Positions 17,534 through 27,466 of a stretch of DNA of 64,000 nucleotides are shown piece by piece (within the stretch, counting starts at the first letter, position 1; every line of letters starts with the position of its first letter). A model generated the notes under the pieces. That model worked only from the letters and a program-made list of their open reading frames with translations, searched no databases and was not told the DNA's origin. Origin of the DNA: Chloroflexota bacterium. GTDB taxonomy: Bacteria; Chloroflexota; Dehalococcoidia; Bin125. Both the position numbers and the translations under genes were made by a program. The DNA is taken from NCBI GenBank assembly GCA_028873865.1, contig JAPPNI010000015.1, positions 211,294 to 275,293 of the forward strand. The letters are read 5' to 3'.

Positions 17534-19270
17534 ATGGCGACACTGGCGGGGGCACAGACCAGCACGTATGCCGGGGCGAATGCCTGGCGCGTGATCCTCG
17601 AATGGTTGACCACGGTCGACCACAAGAAGATCGGCATCATGTACCTGTGGACGGCCGGGGCGTTCGGTCTGGTGGGCATGGCGTTCTCCCTCGTCATGCG
17701 CACCGAACTGGCCCAGACCGGCACCATCATCTCGGCGGAAACCTACAACTCGATCTTCACGATGCACGGCAGCGTGATGATCTTCCTCTTCCTGCTGCCA
17801 ATCGGCGCCGCGTTCATGAACTATTCGATGCCGCTGCAAATCGGCGCGCTCGACATGGCCTTTCCGAGGATCAACGCGCTGTCCTTCTGGATCTTCCTGT
17901 TTGGCGGCGTGCTGATCACGCTGAGCTTCGCCGCCGAGGGCGGCACGGCCTCGGCTGGATGGACCGCGTACCCGCCGGTCACGCTGGACACCGGCAACAA
18001 CGCCGAGCCTCCCGGGGCCGGGATGGATATGTGGTTGGTTGGTGTCATCCTGTTGGGCCAGGCGTCCATCTTTGGTTCCGTGAACTTCCTGGTCACGATC
18101 TTCAAAATGCGCGCGCCGGGGATGACCATGTGGCGCTTGCCGCTGTTCACCTGGACGACCCTGGTCACGGGTCTGCTGATTCTGCTCTCGACCCCGGTGC
18201 TGGCCGCCGCGCTGGTGCTGGGCTTCATCGACCGCAATGGCGCGGGCGGCGCATTCTTCGACCCGGCCGCCGGCGGACAGCCGTTGCTCTGGCAGAACCT
18301 GTTCTGGTTCTATTCGCATCCGGCCGTCTACATCATGATCTTGCCCGCGATGGGCATCGTCTCCGACGTCTTCGGCGTCTTCACGAGGCGTCCGGTCTTC
18401 GGTTACCGATCGATGGTCCTGGCCTTGATCGCCATTGGGCTGCTCGGATTCATCGTCTGGGCGCATCACATGTTCACGACGGGCGGCGTGTTCCTGCCGT
18501 TCTTCATGGGCGCGACTTTCCTGATCGCGGTCCCGACCGGGGTCAAGATGTTCAACTGGATCGCCACCATGTGGCGCGGTTCCAACATCTTCCCCACCGC
18601 GATGCTGTTCAGCGTCGGCTTCCTGATGCTCTTTCTGATCGGCGGGATCACCGGCGTGTTCCACGCTGCGGTGCCGGTCGACTTCGCCCTGCACGACACA
18701 TACTTCGTCGTCGGCCACTTCCATTACACGATGTCGATCGCGGCGACCTTTGGCTTCCTCGCCGGTTGCTACTACTGGTTCCCCAAGATGTTCGGCAAGT
18801 TCATGAACGAGGGTCTGGGCAAGCTGCACTTCTGGTTGGTGTTCATCGGCGTCAACCTGATCTTCTTCACCCAGCTGCTGCTTGGCCTCGACGGCATGCC
18901 CCGCCGGATCAACGACTACGTCGACAACCCCGGCTGGGAGCTGATGAACATGCTGACGACGATCGGCGCGTTCGTTTCGGCGGCCGGCATGATGGTCTTC
19001 CTCTACAACGTCTTCTACTCACTCAAGTGGGGCGAACGCGCCGGCTCCGACCCGTGGGAAGGCACGACGCTCGAGTGGGCGACGACCTCGCCGCCGCCGG
19101 CGCACAACTTCGACTCGCTGCCGGAGATCCGCTCTGAGCGACCGTTGTTCGATCTGCGCTTCGGGGAGCGCCTGCAGGACGACCCGCACTATCACGTCAA
19201 CAACGGACACAACGGCAATGGTGGCAGAAGGGCCAGGCAGCCCTCCGCGTCTGCGCGGGAGGAGGGCTAG
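17534..19270 (+). CDS. ctaD: cytochrome c oxidase subunit I
   Basis: WLTTVDHKKIGIMY and the HHMF...GHFHY heme/CuB ligand pattern. GGGAGG RBS precedes the ATG. Confidence 0.95.
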   Translation: MATLAGAQTSTYAGANAWRVILEWLTTVDHKKIGIMYLWTAGAFGLVGMAFSLVMRTELAQTGTIISAETYNSIFTMHGSVMIFLFLLPIGAAFMNYSMPLQIGALDMAFPRINALSFWIFLFGGVLITLSFAAEGGTASAGWTAYPPVTLDTGNNAEPPGAGMDMWLVGVILLGQASIFGSVNFLVTIFKMRAPGMTMWRLPLFTWTTLVTGLLILLSTPVLAAALVLGFIDRNGAGGAFFDPAAGGQPLLWQNLFWFYSHPAVYIMILPAMGIVSDVFGVFTRRPVFGYRSMVLALIAIGLLGFIVWAHHMFTTGGVFLPFFMGATFLIAVPTGVKMFNWIATMWRGSNIFPTAMLFSVGFLMLFLIGGITGVFHAAVPVDFALHDTYFVVGHFHYTMSIAATFGFLAGCYYWFPKMFGKFMNEGLGKLHFWLVFIGVNLIFFTQLLLGLDGMPRRINDYVDNPGWELMNMLTTIGAFVSAAGMMVFLYNVFYSLKWGERAGSDPWEGTTLEWATTSPPPAHNFDSLPEIRSERPLFDLRFGERLQDDPHYHVNNGHNGNGGRRARQPSASAREEG

Positions 19271-19272
19271 TC

Positions 19273-19893
19273 ATGGCAGCCAGCGCGATCCCGCACAAGC
19301 GGGTCCACCCGGTCCGGAGCTTCCTCGTCGGCGACGAGCCGATGACGACCGGCCTGTGGGGAATCATCTTCTTCATCTTCTCCGAGATCATGTTCTTCGC
19401 GGGCCTGATCGCGGCGATGCTGGCTCTGCACAGCGACACCCTGCTGTGGGAGCCGACCAACGGCGCTCACCGCGTCGAAGGTGATCACGTTCTGCCGATC
19501 CTGTTCACGGTGCTGCTGGTTTCGACCAGTATTCCGATGCAGTTCGCGGCCTTCGCGATTCGCAAGGGCAACCGCAAGGCGATGCTGATCAACATGGCGA
19601 TCGTGCTGGTGGTGGGCACGGCGTTCATCATCAACCAGTACTTCGAGTGGAGCCATGCCGGATTCGGCATCTCGGACGGCCCCTACGCGGCGACGTTCTA
19701 CACGCTGACCGGCTTCCACGGCGCGCACGTGATCGGCGGGCTGGTGTTCATCTTCGCCCAATGGTTGCGCGGCCTGCTGGGGCACTTCGACGCCAAGCGC
19801 AACACGGCGATTGAGGCGGCGACGCTGTACTGGCACTTCGTGGGCTTCGTCTGGTTGCTGGTGATCTTCCCGCTCGTCTTCTTCCTCAGCTGA
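19273..19893 (+). CDS. ctaE: cytochrome c oxidase subunit III
   Basis: Typical subunit III helices (FFIFSEIMFFAGL, TGFHGAHVIGG). Tightly coupled to the ctaD stop. Confidence 0.9.
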   Translation: MAASAIPHKRVHPVRSFLVGDEPMTTGLWGIIFFIFSEIMFFAGLIAAMLALHSDTLLWEPTNGAHRVEGDHVLPILFTVLLVSTSIPMQFAAFAIRKGNRKAMLINMAIVLVVGTAFIINQYFEWSHAGFGISDGPYAATFYTLTGFHGAHVIGGLVFIFAQWLRGLLGHFDAKRNTAIEAATLYWHFVGFVWLLVIFPLVFFLS

Positions 19894-19906
19894 CGCGGAA
19901 CGGCCG

Positions 19907-20917
19907 GTGACGAGGAAGCCGCGAGCGCTGCAGGCGCTGGTCGCGGTCGTCGGCGCCATCGCGGCGGCCCTGGTTCCCACGCTCCTGCTGGCCCACGACG
20001 GGCGCTACGCCGAGTCGGGCGACCTGCTCAATGCGCTGCAGGTCTGGAGCGTCGACGCGCCGGGCCTGGCGATCGTGCTGGTTGTCGGCGGGCTGTACGC
20101 CTGGGGCTACTACCGGCTGCGCCGCGACTCGCCCAACTTCCACTTCCCGCGCTGGCATGCATGGTCGTTCTCGGCCGGTTGGGTATTCATGCTGCTCGGG
20201 CTGATGTCGCCGGTCGACACCTACTCCGACGACCTCTTCTGGATGCACATGATCCAGCACGTGATGATCACGATGATCGTCGCGCCGCTGATGCTGCTGG
20301 GCGCTCCGGCGACGCTCGCCCTGCGGGCGGCGTCGCCGCGGGTTCGCACGACGTACCTGATTCCCTTTCTCAACTCCCGGCTCGTCCGCGCTTTGACCTG
20401 GCCGCCATCGGCGATCGTGATCTACATCGCCAGCGTCTGGAGCTGGCACTGGCCCGACGCGTACGATGCCGCGATCGCCTCGGAGGTCGTGCATTTCGTC
20501 GAGCATGGTGTGTTCCTGCTCGGGGCGGTGCTGCTCTGGTGGCTGGTGATCGGCGTCGATGCGACGCGGCTGCGACCGCATCACGTCTGGCGCTGCGCGC
20601 TGCTGGTCGTGGCGATTCTGCAGAACATCGGGCTCGGCCTGATCCTGATCAACGTCGGTGAACCGATCTACGACACCTACGCGACTGCGGCGGCGGTGCG
20701 GGAGTGGGGGCCAGATGCTCTGATGGATCAGCGGATCGGAGCGGGGATCATGTGGGTGCCGGGGTCAATGATGTTCGCGCTGGCGATCATCGTCACGGTC
20801 TACTACTGGGCGGAGCGCGAGGGCTTCAAGGATCGGCGCAACGATGCGGTGCGAGATATGCAGATCCGGGTACACGGCGAGGTGCCCACGCTCGGCCCGC
20901 GGCCGGGTGATCAGTAA
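19907..20917 (+). CDS. ctaG: caa3-type cytochrome oxidase assembly factor CtaG (Caa3_CtaG family)
   Basis: Multi-TM protein with the HMIQHVMITMIVAPLMLLGAP and VHFVEHGVFLL motifs of the Bacillus-type CtaG family. Confidence 0.75.
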   Translation: MTRKPRALQALVAVVGAIAAALVPTLLLAHDGRYAESGDLLNALQVWSVDAPGLAIVLVVGGLYAWGYYRLRRDSPNFHFPRWHAWSFSAGWVFMLLGLMSPVDTYSDDLFWMHMIQHVMITMIVAPLMLLGAPATLALRAASPRVRTTYLIPFLNSRLVRALTWPPSAIVIYIASVWSWHWPDAYDAAIASEVVHFVEHGVFLLGAVLLWWLVIGVDATRLRPHHVWRCALLVVAILQNIGLGLILINVGEPIYDTYATAAAVREWGPDALMDQRIGAGIMWVPGSMMFALAIIVTVYYWAEREGFKDRRNDAVRDMQIRVHGEVPTLGPRPGDQ

Positions 20918-20956
20918 GCGAGCATTCAACGATCACGCCCTGTCGGTTTCGCCGAC

Positions 20957-22084
20957 ATGGCAAGTAGTGAGACACTAGAGGGCGCAGCGCCGACTCGTGC
21001 CGGTCGCCAAGCAGAGCGAGTTCAGATGGCGTCGATGACCAGATTTCAGCGGGTCGGTCTCGGACTCGTGCTCGGCCTGCTCGCGCTGACAGCGCTGGGC
21101 GGGATCGTGCGGGTGACCGGATCCGGTCTGGCGTGTCCCGACTGGCCTGGCTGCTACGGGGCGGTGATCCCGTCGGGCGATTTCGGCGAGTTTGCCGCGC
21201 ACCAGGTCTGGCTCGAATGGACTCATCGCCTGGTCGCCGCGATCATGGGATTCATCATTCTCGGCTACGCGATCGCGGCGTGGCGGAAACAACGGGATCG
21301 CATGCGAATCTGGCTTCCGGCCGTGCTCGCGATCCCGATGCTGGCCGTGCAGGTGGTGCTCGGCGGCCTGACGGTGACCGAGCGGCTTGAGGAGCTGATC
21401 GTCACCCTGCATCTGGCCACCGCGATGCTGATCCTGATGCTGGTGGCGTTCTCGTGGTTGAGCACGTTTCCGTGGCGGGTCGTGACGGACGCTGATGATG
21501 CGCCGCTGGGATCCGACTCGCCGTCGCAGGCTCGGAACTACGCCTGGGTGGCGTTGCTGACCGCCGTGCTCGTCTATGCCGTGGTGGTGGTCGGTTCCTA
21601 CGTGACCCACGTCGGGGCGGGTCCCGACGCCGGCGCGCACGTCGGCCCGGGCGGCGCGGCCTGCGGCAACAACTGGCCGCTTTGTTACGGCGGGCTATTC
21701 CCGGATGGCGAGTACGCTCAGTGGAACATGGGACATCGATTCCTGGTCCTGTTCGGAGCGATCGCTCTGTTTGCCGCCTCGATGGGCGCGGTCATGCTGC
21801 GACCGCGCGCACGCGGCCTGACGATGATGGTGCACGGCGCGACGACGCTCTACGTCGTCCAGATCTTCATCGGCGCGGCGATGATCTGGATCAACTTCGA
21901 CGCGTGGGCTCGAGCGCTGCACCTCTCGATGGGGTCAATCACCTGGCTGCTTGTCTCCGGCGCCGCTCTGCTCGCCATCTATCGCGCCGGCGGGCTGCGA
22001 ACACGCGGACATGCCGGAGGGAACCTGGAGGCTGTCGGCGCAGCGGACCCCAAGATGTCGGCGGAGAATGAGAGTCACGGATGA
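20957..22084 (+). CDS. ctaA: heme A synthase (COX15/CtaA)
   Basis: CPDWPGCYG motif and conserved His pairs in TM helices. Alternative start at 21026. Confidence 0.85.
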   Translation: MASSETLEGAAPTRAGRQAERVQMASMTRFQRVGLGLVLGLLALTALGGIVRVTGSGLACPDWPGCYGAVIPSGDFGEFAAHQVWLEWTHRLVAAIMGFIILGYAIAAWRKQRDRMRIWLPAVLAIPMLAVQVVLGGLTVTERLEELIVTLHLATAMLILMLVAFSWLSTFPWRVVTDADDAPLGSDSPSQARNYAWVALLTAVLVYAVVVVGSYVTHVGAGPDAGAHVGPGGAACGNNWPLCYGGLFPDGEYAQWNMGHRFLVLFGAIALFAASMGAVMLRPRARGLTMMVHGATTLYVVQIFIGAAMIWINFDAWARALHLSMGSITWLLVSGAALLAIYRAGGLRTRGHAGGNLEAVGAADPKMSAENESHG

Positions 22085-23010
22085 CCGATCGTCCGCTCGC
22101 ACTCGAACGGCCGACCTCGCTGCCGAACTCGCATCGCGCGATCGAATTCGCGCGCGGCCTCTGGGATCTGACCAAGCCCGGCATCATCGGTCTGCTGCTG
22201 GTGACGACCGTGCCGACCATGATCGTCGCCGCCGATGGTTGGCCGAAGGGCGGCTTCGGCGAGGGACTGGTGCTGATCCTGCTCACGCTGCTGGGCGGCA
22301 TCCTGACCGCGGGCGGCGCTAACACCTTCAATCAGTGGTTCGACCGCGACATTGACGCGATCATGGAGCGGACCGCGGGGCGGCCGCTCCCGGCCGGAGT
22401 GATCCAGCCCTGGCAAGCGCTGGCCTGGGGCGTGTTGTTGGCGACTCTGGGCGGGATCCAACTGGCGTTGACCGTCAACCTGCTGGCGGCGCTGCTGGCC
22501 GAGGCTGCGGTGCTGTTCTACGTGCTCGTCTATACGGTCTGGCTCAAGCGCTCGACGACTCAGAACATCGTGATCGGCGGAGCGGCCGGATCGATTCCGC
22601 CGCTGGTCGGCTGGGCGGCCGTGACCGGCGAGGTCACGTGGACGCCGTTGATTCTGTTCCTGGTTATCTTCATGTGGACGCCGCCGCATTTCTGGGCGCT
22701 GGCGCTCAAGTACCGAGACGACTACGCCAAAGCCGACGTGCCGATGCTGCCGGTCGTCTCGGGCGAACGTGAGACGCGCAAGCAACTCCTGATTTACTCG
22801 GTCGGGCTGGTTGCGGTGAGTTTGCTCGGCCCGCTGGGCGGACACCTGAGCTGGTGCTACGAGACGACCTGCGCCATTTCCGGGGCAGTGTTCATCTGGA
22901 TCGCCTGGCAGGTCTGGCGCAATCAGGCACCGCCGATGCGCCTCTTTTTCGCCTCAATCGCCTACCTGTTCATCGTCTTCGCCGCGGTTGGACTAGATGT
23001 GCTCGTCTAA
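22081..23010 (+). CDS. ctaB: protoheme IX farnesyltransferase (heme O synthase)
   Basis: UbiA-family motifs (NQWFDRDIDAIMERT). 4-nt overlap with ctaA. Confidence 0.9.
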   Translation: MTDRPLALERPTSLPNSHRAIEFARGLWDLTKPGIIGLLLVTTVPTMIVAADGWPKGGFGEGLVLILLTLLGGILTAGGANTFNQWFDRDIDAIMERTAGRPLPAGVIQPWQALAWGVLLATLGGIQLALTVNLLAALLAEAAVLFYVLVYTVWLKRSTTQNIVIGGAAGSIPPLVGWAAVTGEVTWTPLILFLVIFMWTPPHFWALALKYRDDYAKADVPMLPVVSGERETRKQLLIYSVGLVAVSLLGPLGGHLSWCYETTCAISGAVFIWIAWQVWRNQAPPMRLFFASIAYLFIVFAAVGLDVLV

Positions 23011-23909
23011 CGAGTCAGCGCTTCCACCGCTCGTTCCAGTTCCGGCTGTTCCACGACGATCTCGAACCGGGCCGCGATGACGCCGTCCTGATCGACGAGG
23101 AAGAATTGCGGCTCCGCCTCGATCGACCAGGCCTCATTAGCGGCATCGATCAGGGCCTGCAGGGTCTGCGGGCGAGGTCGGCCGAACGGTTCCACGTGCA
23201 GCACGGCAATCGCGCCCTGTTGCAACAGGGTGGTGGCCTGTTCGAGGGCTCGTGCGCAGGCCTGTCTGCCGGCGCATCGTTCGGCCGACGCCCAGACGAT
23301 CAGAAACGGCTCGCCTGCGGAGATCAAGTCGGACGCCGAGCGTTCGTACAGGCCAAGCCCATCGGGTGTCGGATCGGCCATTCGCTCAAGTACGCCGTCC
23401 GAGTTGGTCGGCGTGTCCAGGGTTGGCGCGCGATCTCCCGGCGCCAGACCCCTGGCCGCGCCGCGAACGAGGAAGGGCAGGCGCGGCGTGCTTTCCGAGG
23501 TGCCGTCGGGTAGCTCGGCGGTCACGGCGAGCGCCCATTGTCCGGGCCGCTCGAACGGCGGGTCATTGGCGACCAGATAACGAAGACCCTCGACATCGAT
23601 CTGGTCGATCTCCGCCTCAGAGTGAAACTTGATTCCGTCCTCGGTCGGGTCGAAGTAGCGAATGCGGAAGGTGGCGCCTTCGGGGAAGTCGGGCTGCGTA
23701 TCGCGTTCCAGCAAGGTCAGGATGAGGCGAGGCACGCCGACGTGGATGTCCGACGACTCGATCACGGGGACGAAGGCCGCCTCCGACGAGGTAATGACGC
23801 GCCGATCGTCTGAGTCGGAGCAGGCCAGCGTTGGCAGTGTGGCCATCGCTGTCAGCGCGATCGCAACGACGGCAGCGACGCGGGAGAACGCGGGACGCGG
23901 ACGGCTCAT
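23007..23909 (-). CDS. lipoprotein with degenerate thioredoxin-like C-terminal region
   Basis: Signal plus lipobox (TLACSD). FLIVWASAERCAGRQAC and FFLVDQDGVIAARFE resemble a TlpA/ResA fold, but the CxxC is replaced by C-x5-C. Start at internal ATG 23909. Confidence 0.5.
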   Translation of the reverse strand: MSRPRPAFSRVAAVVAIALTAMATLPTLACSDSDDRRVITSSEAAFVPVIESSDIHVGVPRLILTLLERDTQPDFPEGATFRIRYFDPTEDGIKFHSEAEIDQIDVEGLRYLVANDPPFERPGQWALAVTAELPDGTSESTPRLPFLVRGAARGLAPGDRAPTLDTPTNSDGVLERMADPTPDGLGLYERSASDLISAGEPFLIVWASAERCAGRQACARALEQATTLLQQGAIAVLHVEPFGRPRPQTLQALIDAANEAWSIEAEPQFFLVDQDGVIAARFEIVVEQPELERAVEALTR

Positions 23910-23913
23910 CTGC

Positions 23914-24705
23914 TCACACCGCCCGGGGCGCGCGCCGCAGCCCGACGGCGAACAGCAGCAGCGCCAGACCACCGAGCACCAGTCCGTCGATCAACGGTCC
24001 GATCAGGCCGTCGGGAGAGTCGGCGTAGGAGGAGTAGTGGAGGAGATCGACGGCATAGGTCAGCGGATTGATATAGCCGATCGCTTCGAGCCAGGCCGGT
24101 ACTTCGTCGAGTGGGAAAAAAGCTCCAGAGAGGAAAAACAGGGGGAACAAGACGAGGTTCATGATCAGGTGAAATCCCTGCATCGTCTTGATGCGCACGG
24201 CCAGCAGCAAGGAGAGGCCGGAGAGCATGAAGTTGAGGGCGAGGATGGTGATCACGACGGTCGCCACGCCGCCCAGCCAGCCGAACTGCCAGGACAGATC
24301 GATTCCCGGGATGAGCACAGCGAGCAGCAGCACGACCAACGCCTGGATCGTGCCGATCAGAATCGAGCCGAGCGCTTTGCCGAAAAGAATGGTCTGCGCG
24401 CTGTGCGGCGAGGCGAGCATGGCGCGGAGCAGGCCGCTCTCGCGGTCGCGGTAGAAGCCGGCGCTCGAGAAGGTCGAGGAGAACAGGGCAGTCATGGCGA
24501 TCATGCCAGGCGCCAGATACGAGGTGTAGTCGCCGTCGAGGATTCGCGGCGACGTTGGGGCGAGGCCGCTGGAGACGCCGGTGCCGAGCAGCGCCAGCAG
24601 CATCAGGGGGAAGAGCAGGGAGGAATAGAGCTGCGAGCGGGAACGGGCCACGGCGCGCAGATCGCGGCTGAGCAACGCCCACGATGCGTGGGCCGCGTCG
24701 ATCAT
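23914..24705 (-). CDS. ABC-2 type transporter permease
   Basis: 6-TM ABC-2 profile. ATG 24705 overlaps the ATPase stop (ATGA). Confidence 0.8.
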   Translation of the reverse strand: MIDAAHASWALLSRDLRAVARSRSQLYSSLLFPLMLLALLGTGVSSGLAPTSPRILDGDYTSYLAPGMIAMTALFSSTFSSAGFYRDRESGLLRAMLASPHSAQTILFGKALGSILIGTIQALVVLLLAVLIPGIDLSWQFGWLGGVATVVITILALNFMLSGLSLLLAVRIKTMQGFHLIMNLVLFPLFFLSGAFFPLDEVPAWLEAIGYINPLTYAVDLLHYSSYADSPDGLIGPLIDGLVLGGLALLLFAVGLRRAPRAV

Positions 24706-25667
24706 CGCTCGGCCCCGTGGTCGTTGGTCAATGGGCGCCCGACGATCTGGAACCATGCCTCGCGCAAGCTCGACTCGCGGATCCTGAACCCAGTGATCTG
24801 CGTGCCGTAACGCTGGAACAGCTGTGGCACGATCTCGCTGGAGTTCTCAACCGACAGGACGAGCTGATCTTCCGTCGACAACACGGTCCCGACGCCCGTC
24901 CAACCCTCGAGTTCTGCGATGTCATCCCTGGTGGCCGATGGCCAGTCCAGTTCCAGGGCGTCGGGCAGCAGTCCGGAGGTCAGATTGCGCGGCGTGTCCT
25001 CGGCGACCACACGTCCGTCGTTCACGATGACGACCCGGTGGGCGTACGTTTCCGCTTCAACGGTGTCGTTGGAGCAGACGACGAGGGCAACTCCGGCCGC
25101 GACACGGTCGAGCAGCGCGGCCCAGATGGCTTCGCTGGAATCGGGGTCGAGCGCCAGGGTCGGCTCGTCGAGCAGCAACAGATCGGGCTCGTGCAGCAGC
25201 GCGCGGGCGATGTCCAGCCTGCGCCTGAGACCGCCGGACAGCGTCTCGCAGCGGTCGCCGGTACGGTCGCCGAGGCCGAGCGCATCGAGCAGCTGATCGC
25301 ATCGCCGACGGAGCTCTGATCCTCGCAGGCCGAAGAGCTGTCCGTGGAGCTGCAGCGTTTCCTGCACGGTCATCAGATCGTCGGTGCTGGCCTCCTGCAG
25401 GACGAGACCGATTCGGCGGCGTGCGTCGCGGCCGTGTGGTTCGCCGAAGATCGAGACGATGCCCTGCTGGGGCGCGATCTCGCCGCTCAACATCTTCAGA
25501 ATGGTCGATTTGCCCGCGCCGTTGGGGCCCAACAACGTGACGACCTCGCTGCGCCGCACCGAGAGGTCGATGTCTCTGGCGCCGCGTTTCTCCTGCCAGA
25601 TGTAGGAGGCTCCGCTCAACTGAACCGGTAGTGGGGAATCCGCGATATCGGTCTCGGAATTGGGCAC
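24702..25667 (-). CDS. ABC transporter ATP-binding protein (DrrA/NatA-like, with C-terminal extension)
   Basis: Walker A GPNGAGKST, signature LSGGLRRRL, Walker B LLLLDEP. Confidence 0.85.
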   Translation of the reverse strand: MPNSETDIADSPLPVQLSGASYIWQEKRGARDIDLSVRRSEVVTLLGPNGAGKSTILKMLSGEIAPQQGIVSIFGEPHGRDARRRIGLVLQEASTDDLMTVQETLQLHGQLFGLRGSELRRRCDQLLDALGLGDRTGDRCETLSGGLRRRLDIARALLHEPDLLLLDEPTLALDPDSSEAIWAALLDRVAAGVALVVCSNDTVEAETYAHRVVIVNDGRVVAEDTPRNLTSGLLPDALELDWPSATRDDIAELEGWTGVGTVLSTEDQLVLSVENSSEIVPQLFQRYGTQITGFRIRESSLREAWFQIVGRPLTNDHGAER

Positions 25668-25734
25668 GGCTCAAAGTGTATCCGGGGTGCGATACGCTGC
25701 GAACCGTCAAACCGAGACCGACTCAGGAGCCTGT

Positions 25735-27459
25735 GTGCGACGCTTGCGCGCCTCCCTGGCGCAGATCAATTCGACGGTCGGCGACCTTGATGGCAACGCG
25801 GCCAGGATCATCGAGCAGATCCGCGAGGCGGAGTCGATCGGGGCCGACATCGTCGCGTTTCCCGAGTTGGCGCTGACCGGTTACCCGCCCGAGGACCTTG
25901 TGCTCAGGCGAGGATTCGTCGAGGACAACCTCGCGATGCTGGACCGAGTTTGCGATGCCACCCGTGGTCTGCATGTGACCGCGATCGTTGGCTTCGTCGA
26001 CTATGCGCACGACATCTTCAACGCCGCCGCGGTGATCCACGACGGCCAGATGGCCGGCGCCTATCACAAGCAGTACTTGCCGAACTACGGCGTGTTTGAC
26101 GAGGCGCGCTACTTCCGACCAGGGACCGGCGTGCAACTCTTCGACATCGCGGGCGCACGGGTAGGAGTGACGATCTGCGAGGACATCTGGTACTCCTCCG
26201 GTCCGATGCAGGATCAATGCCTGGCCGGGGCCGAGGTTGTGGTCAACATCAACGGTTCACCTTTTCACGCCGGCAAGTCGCAACAGCGCGAGCAGATGCT
26301 GGCTACGCGAGCGTCCGACAACGCCGTGCTGACCCTGTACTGCAACCTCGTCGGCGGCCAGGACCACCTGATCTTCGATGGTGGATCGACCGTGTTCGGA
26401 CCCGGAGGCGATCTGATCGCTCGGGCTCCCATGTTCCGGGAGCATCTGCTCACCGTCGACCTCGATGTCGAGGAAGTGCGTCAGACGCGTTTGCATGATC
26501 CGCGCCTGCGCCGGCTGCCGCAGACCGAGGCCGATCTGCAACTCGTGTCGGGTGATCGGCCGGCCGAGCGGGGACCCGCCCTGGACGCCGAGTTGATCGA
26601 TGCCCTCGCGGACGACGAGCAGGTCTACGAGGCGCTGGTGCTGGGTACCCGCGACTACGTCCACAAGACGGGGTTCAGCGATGTCGTGATCGCGCTGTCG
26701 GGCGGGATTGACTCGACTCTGACGGCCGTAGTCGCCGTTGACGCGCTGGGCCCGGATCACGTGCGCGGCGTCTCGATGCCGTCGCGCTACTCCTCGGAAG
26801 GCAGCGTGGCCGATGCTCGGGCGTTGGCCGACAACCTCGGCATCCAGATGGACGTCCTGCCGATCGAAGGTCCGTATCAGGCCAACATCGACACGCTCGC
26901 GCCCCTGTTCGAGGGTCTGCCCCAGGACGTAACCGAGGAGAACCTCCAGGCGCGGATTCGCGGCGTGCTGATGATGGCGATCTCCAACAAGACGGGCGCG
27001 CTGGTGCTGACCACGTCCAACAAGAGCGAGTCGGCGACCGGTTACACGACGCTCTACGGCGACATGACCGGCGGACTGGCCGTGATCCAGGATGTGCCCA
27101 AGCTGCTGGTGTATCGGCTGTCGGAACTGGTGAATGAGCGGGCTGGCCGTGAGGTTATCCCGGTGTCGGTCCTGACCAAGCCGCCGAGCGCCGAGCTGCG
27201 TCCCGACCAGTTCGATGAGCAGTCGCTGATGCCATATGAGCGGCTCGATCCGATCCTTGAAGCGTTTGTCGAAGAGGATCGATCGCTGGATGAAATTGTC
27301 GAGGCCGGTTTCGACGAGGCGGACGTCAAGCGCGTGATGTCCCTGGTCACCGGCGCCGAGTACAAGCGCCGCCAGGCTGCGCCGGGACTGAGGATTACGC
27401 CCCGCGCCTTCGGGCGTGACCGCCGATTCCCGATCGCCAACCGATACCGCGGCTTCTGA
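25735..27459 (+). CDS. nadE: glutamine-dependent NAD+ synthetase (nitrilase domain + NadE domain)
   Basis: N-terminal CN-hydrolase domain (VAFPELALTGYPPEDL, catalytic C in TICEDIWY). C-terminal SGGIDST PP-loop. GTG start with AGGAG 8 nt upstream. Confidence 0.85.
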   Translation: MRRLRASLAQINSTVGDLDGNAARIIEQIREAESIGADIVAFPELALTGYPPEDLVLRRGFVEDNLAMLDRVCDATRGLHVTAIVGFVDYAHDIFNAAAVIHDGQMAGAYHKQYLPNYGVFDEARYFRPGTGVQLFDIAGARVGVTICEDIWYSSGPMQDQCLAGAEVVVNINGSPFHAGKSQQREQMLATRASDNAVLTLYCNLVGGQDHLIFDGGSTVFGPGGDLIARAPMFREHLLTVDLDVEEVRQTRLHDPRLRRLPQTEADLQLVSGDRPAERGPALDAELIDALADDEQVYEALVLGTRDYVHKTGFSDVVIALSGGIDSTLTAVVAVDALGPDHVRGVSMPSRYSSEGSVADARALADNLGIQMDVLPIEGPYQANIDTLAPLFEGLPQDVTEENLQARIRGVLMMAISNKTGALVLTTSNKSESATGYTTLYGDMTGGLAVIQDVPKLLVYRLSELVNERAGREVIPVSVLTKPPSAELRPDQFDEQSLMPYERLDPILEAFVEEDRSLDEIVEAGFDEADVKRVMSLVTGAEYKRRQAAPGLRITPRAFGRDRRFPIANRYRGF

Positions 27460-27466
27460 GTCCTCG

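Noticed and set aside
17495-18829. 444-aa minus-strand ORF inside ctaD
   Set aside because: Antisense to cytochrome oxidase subunit I. Arg/His/Asp-rich composition.
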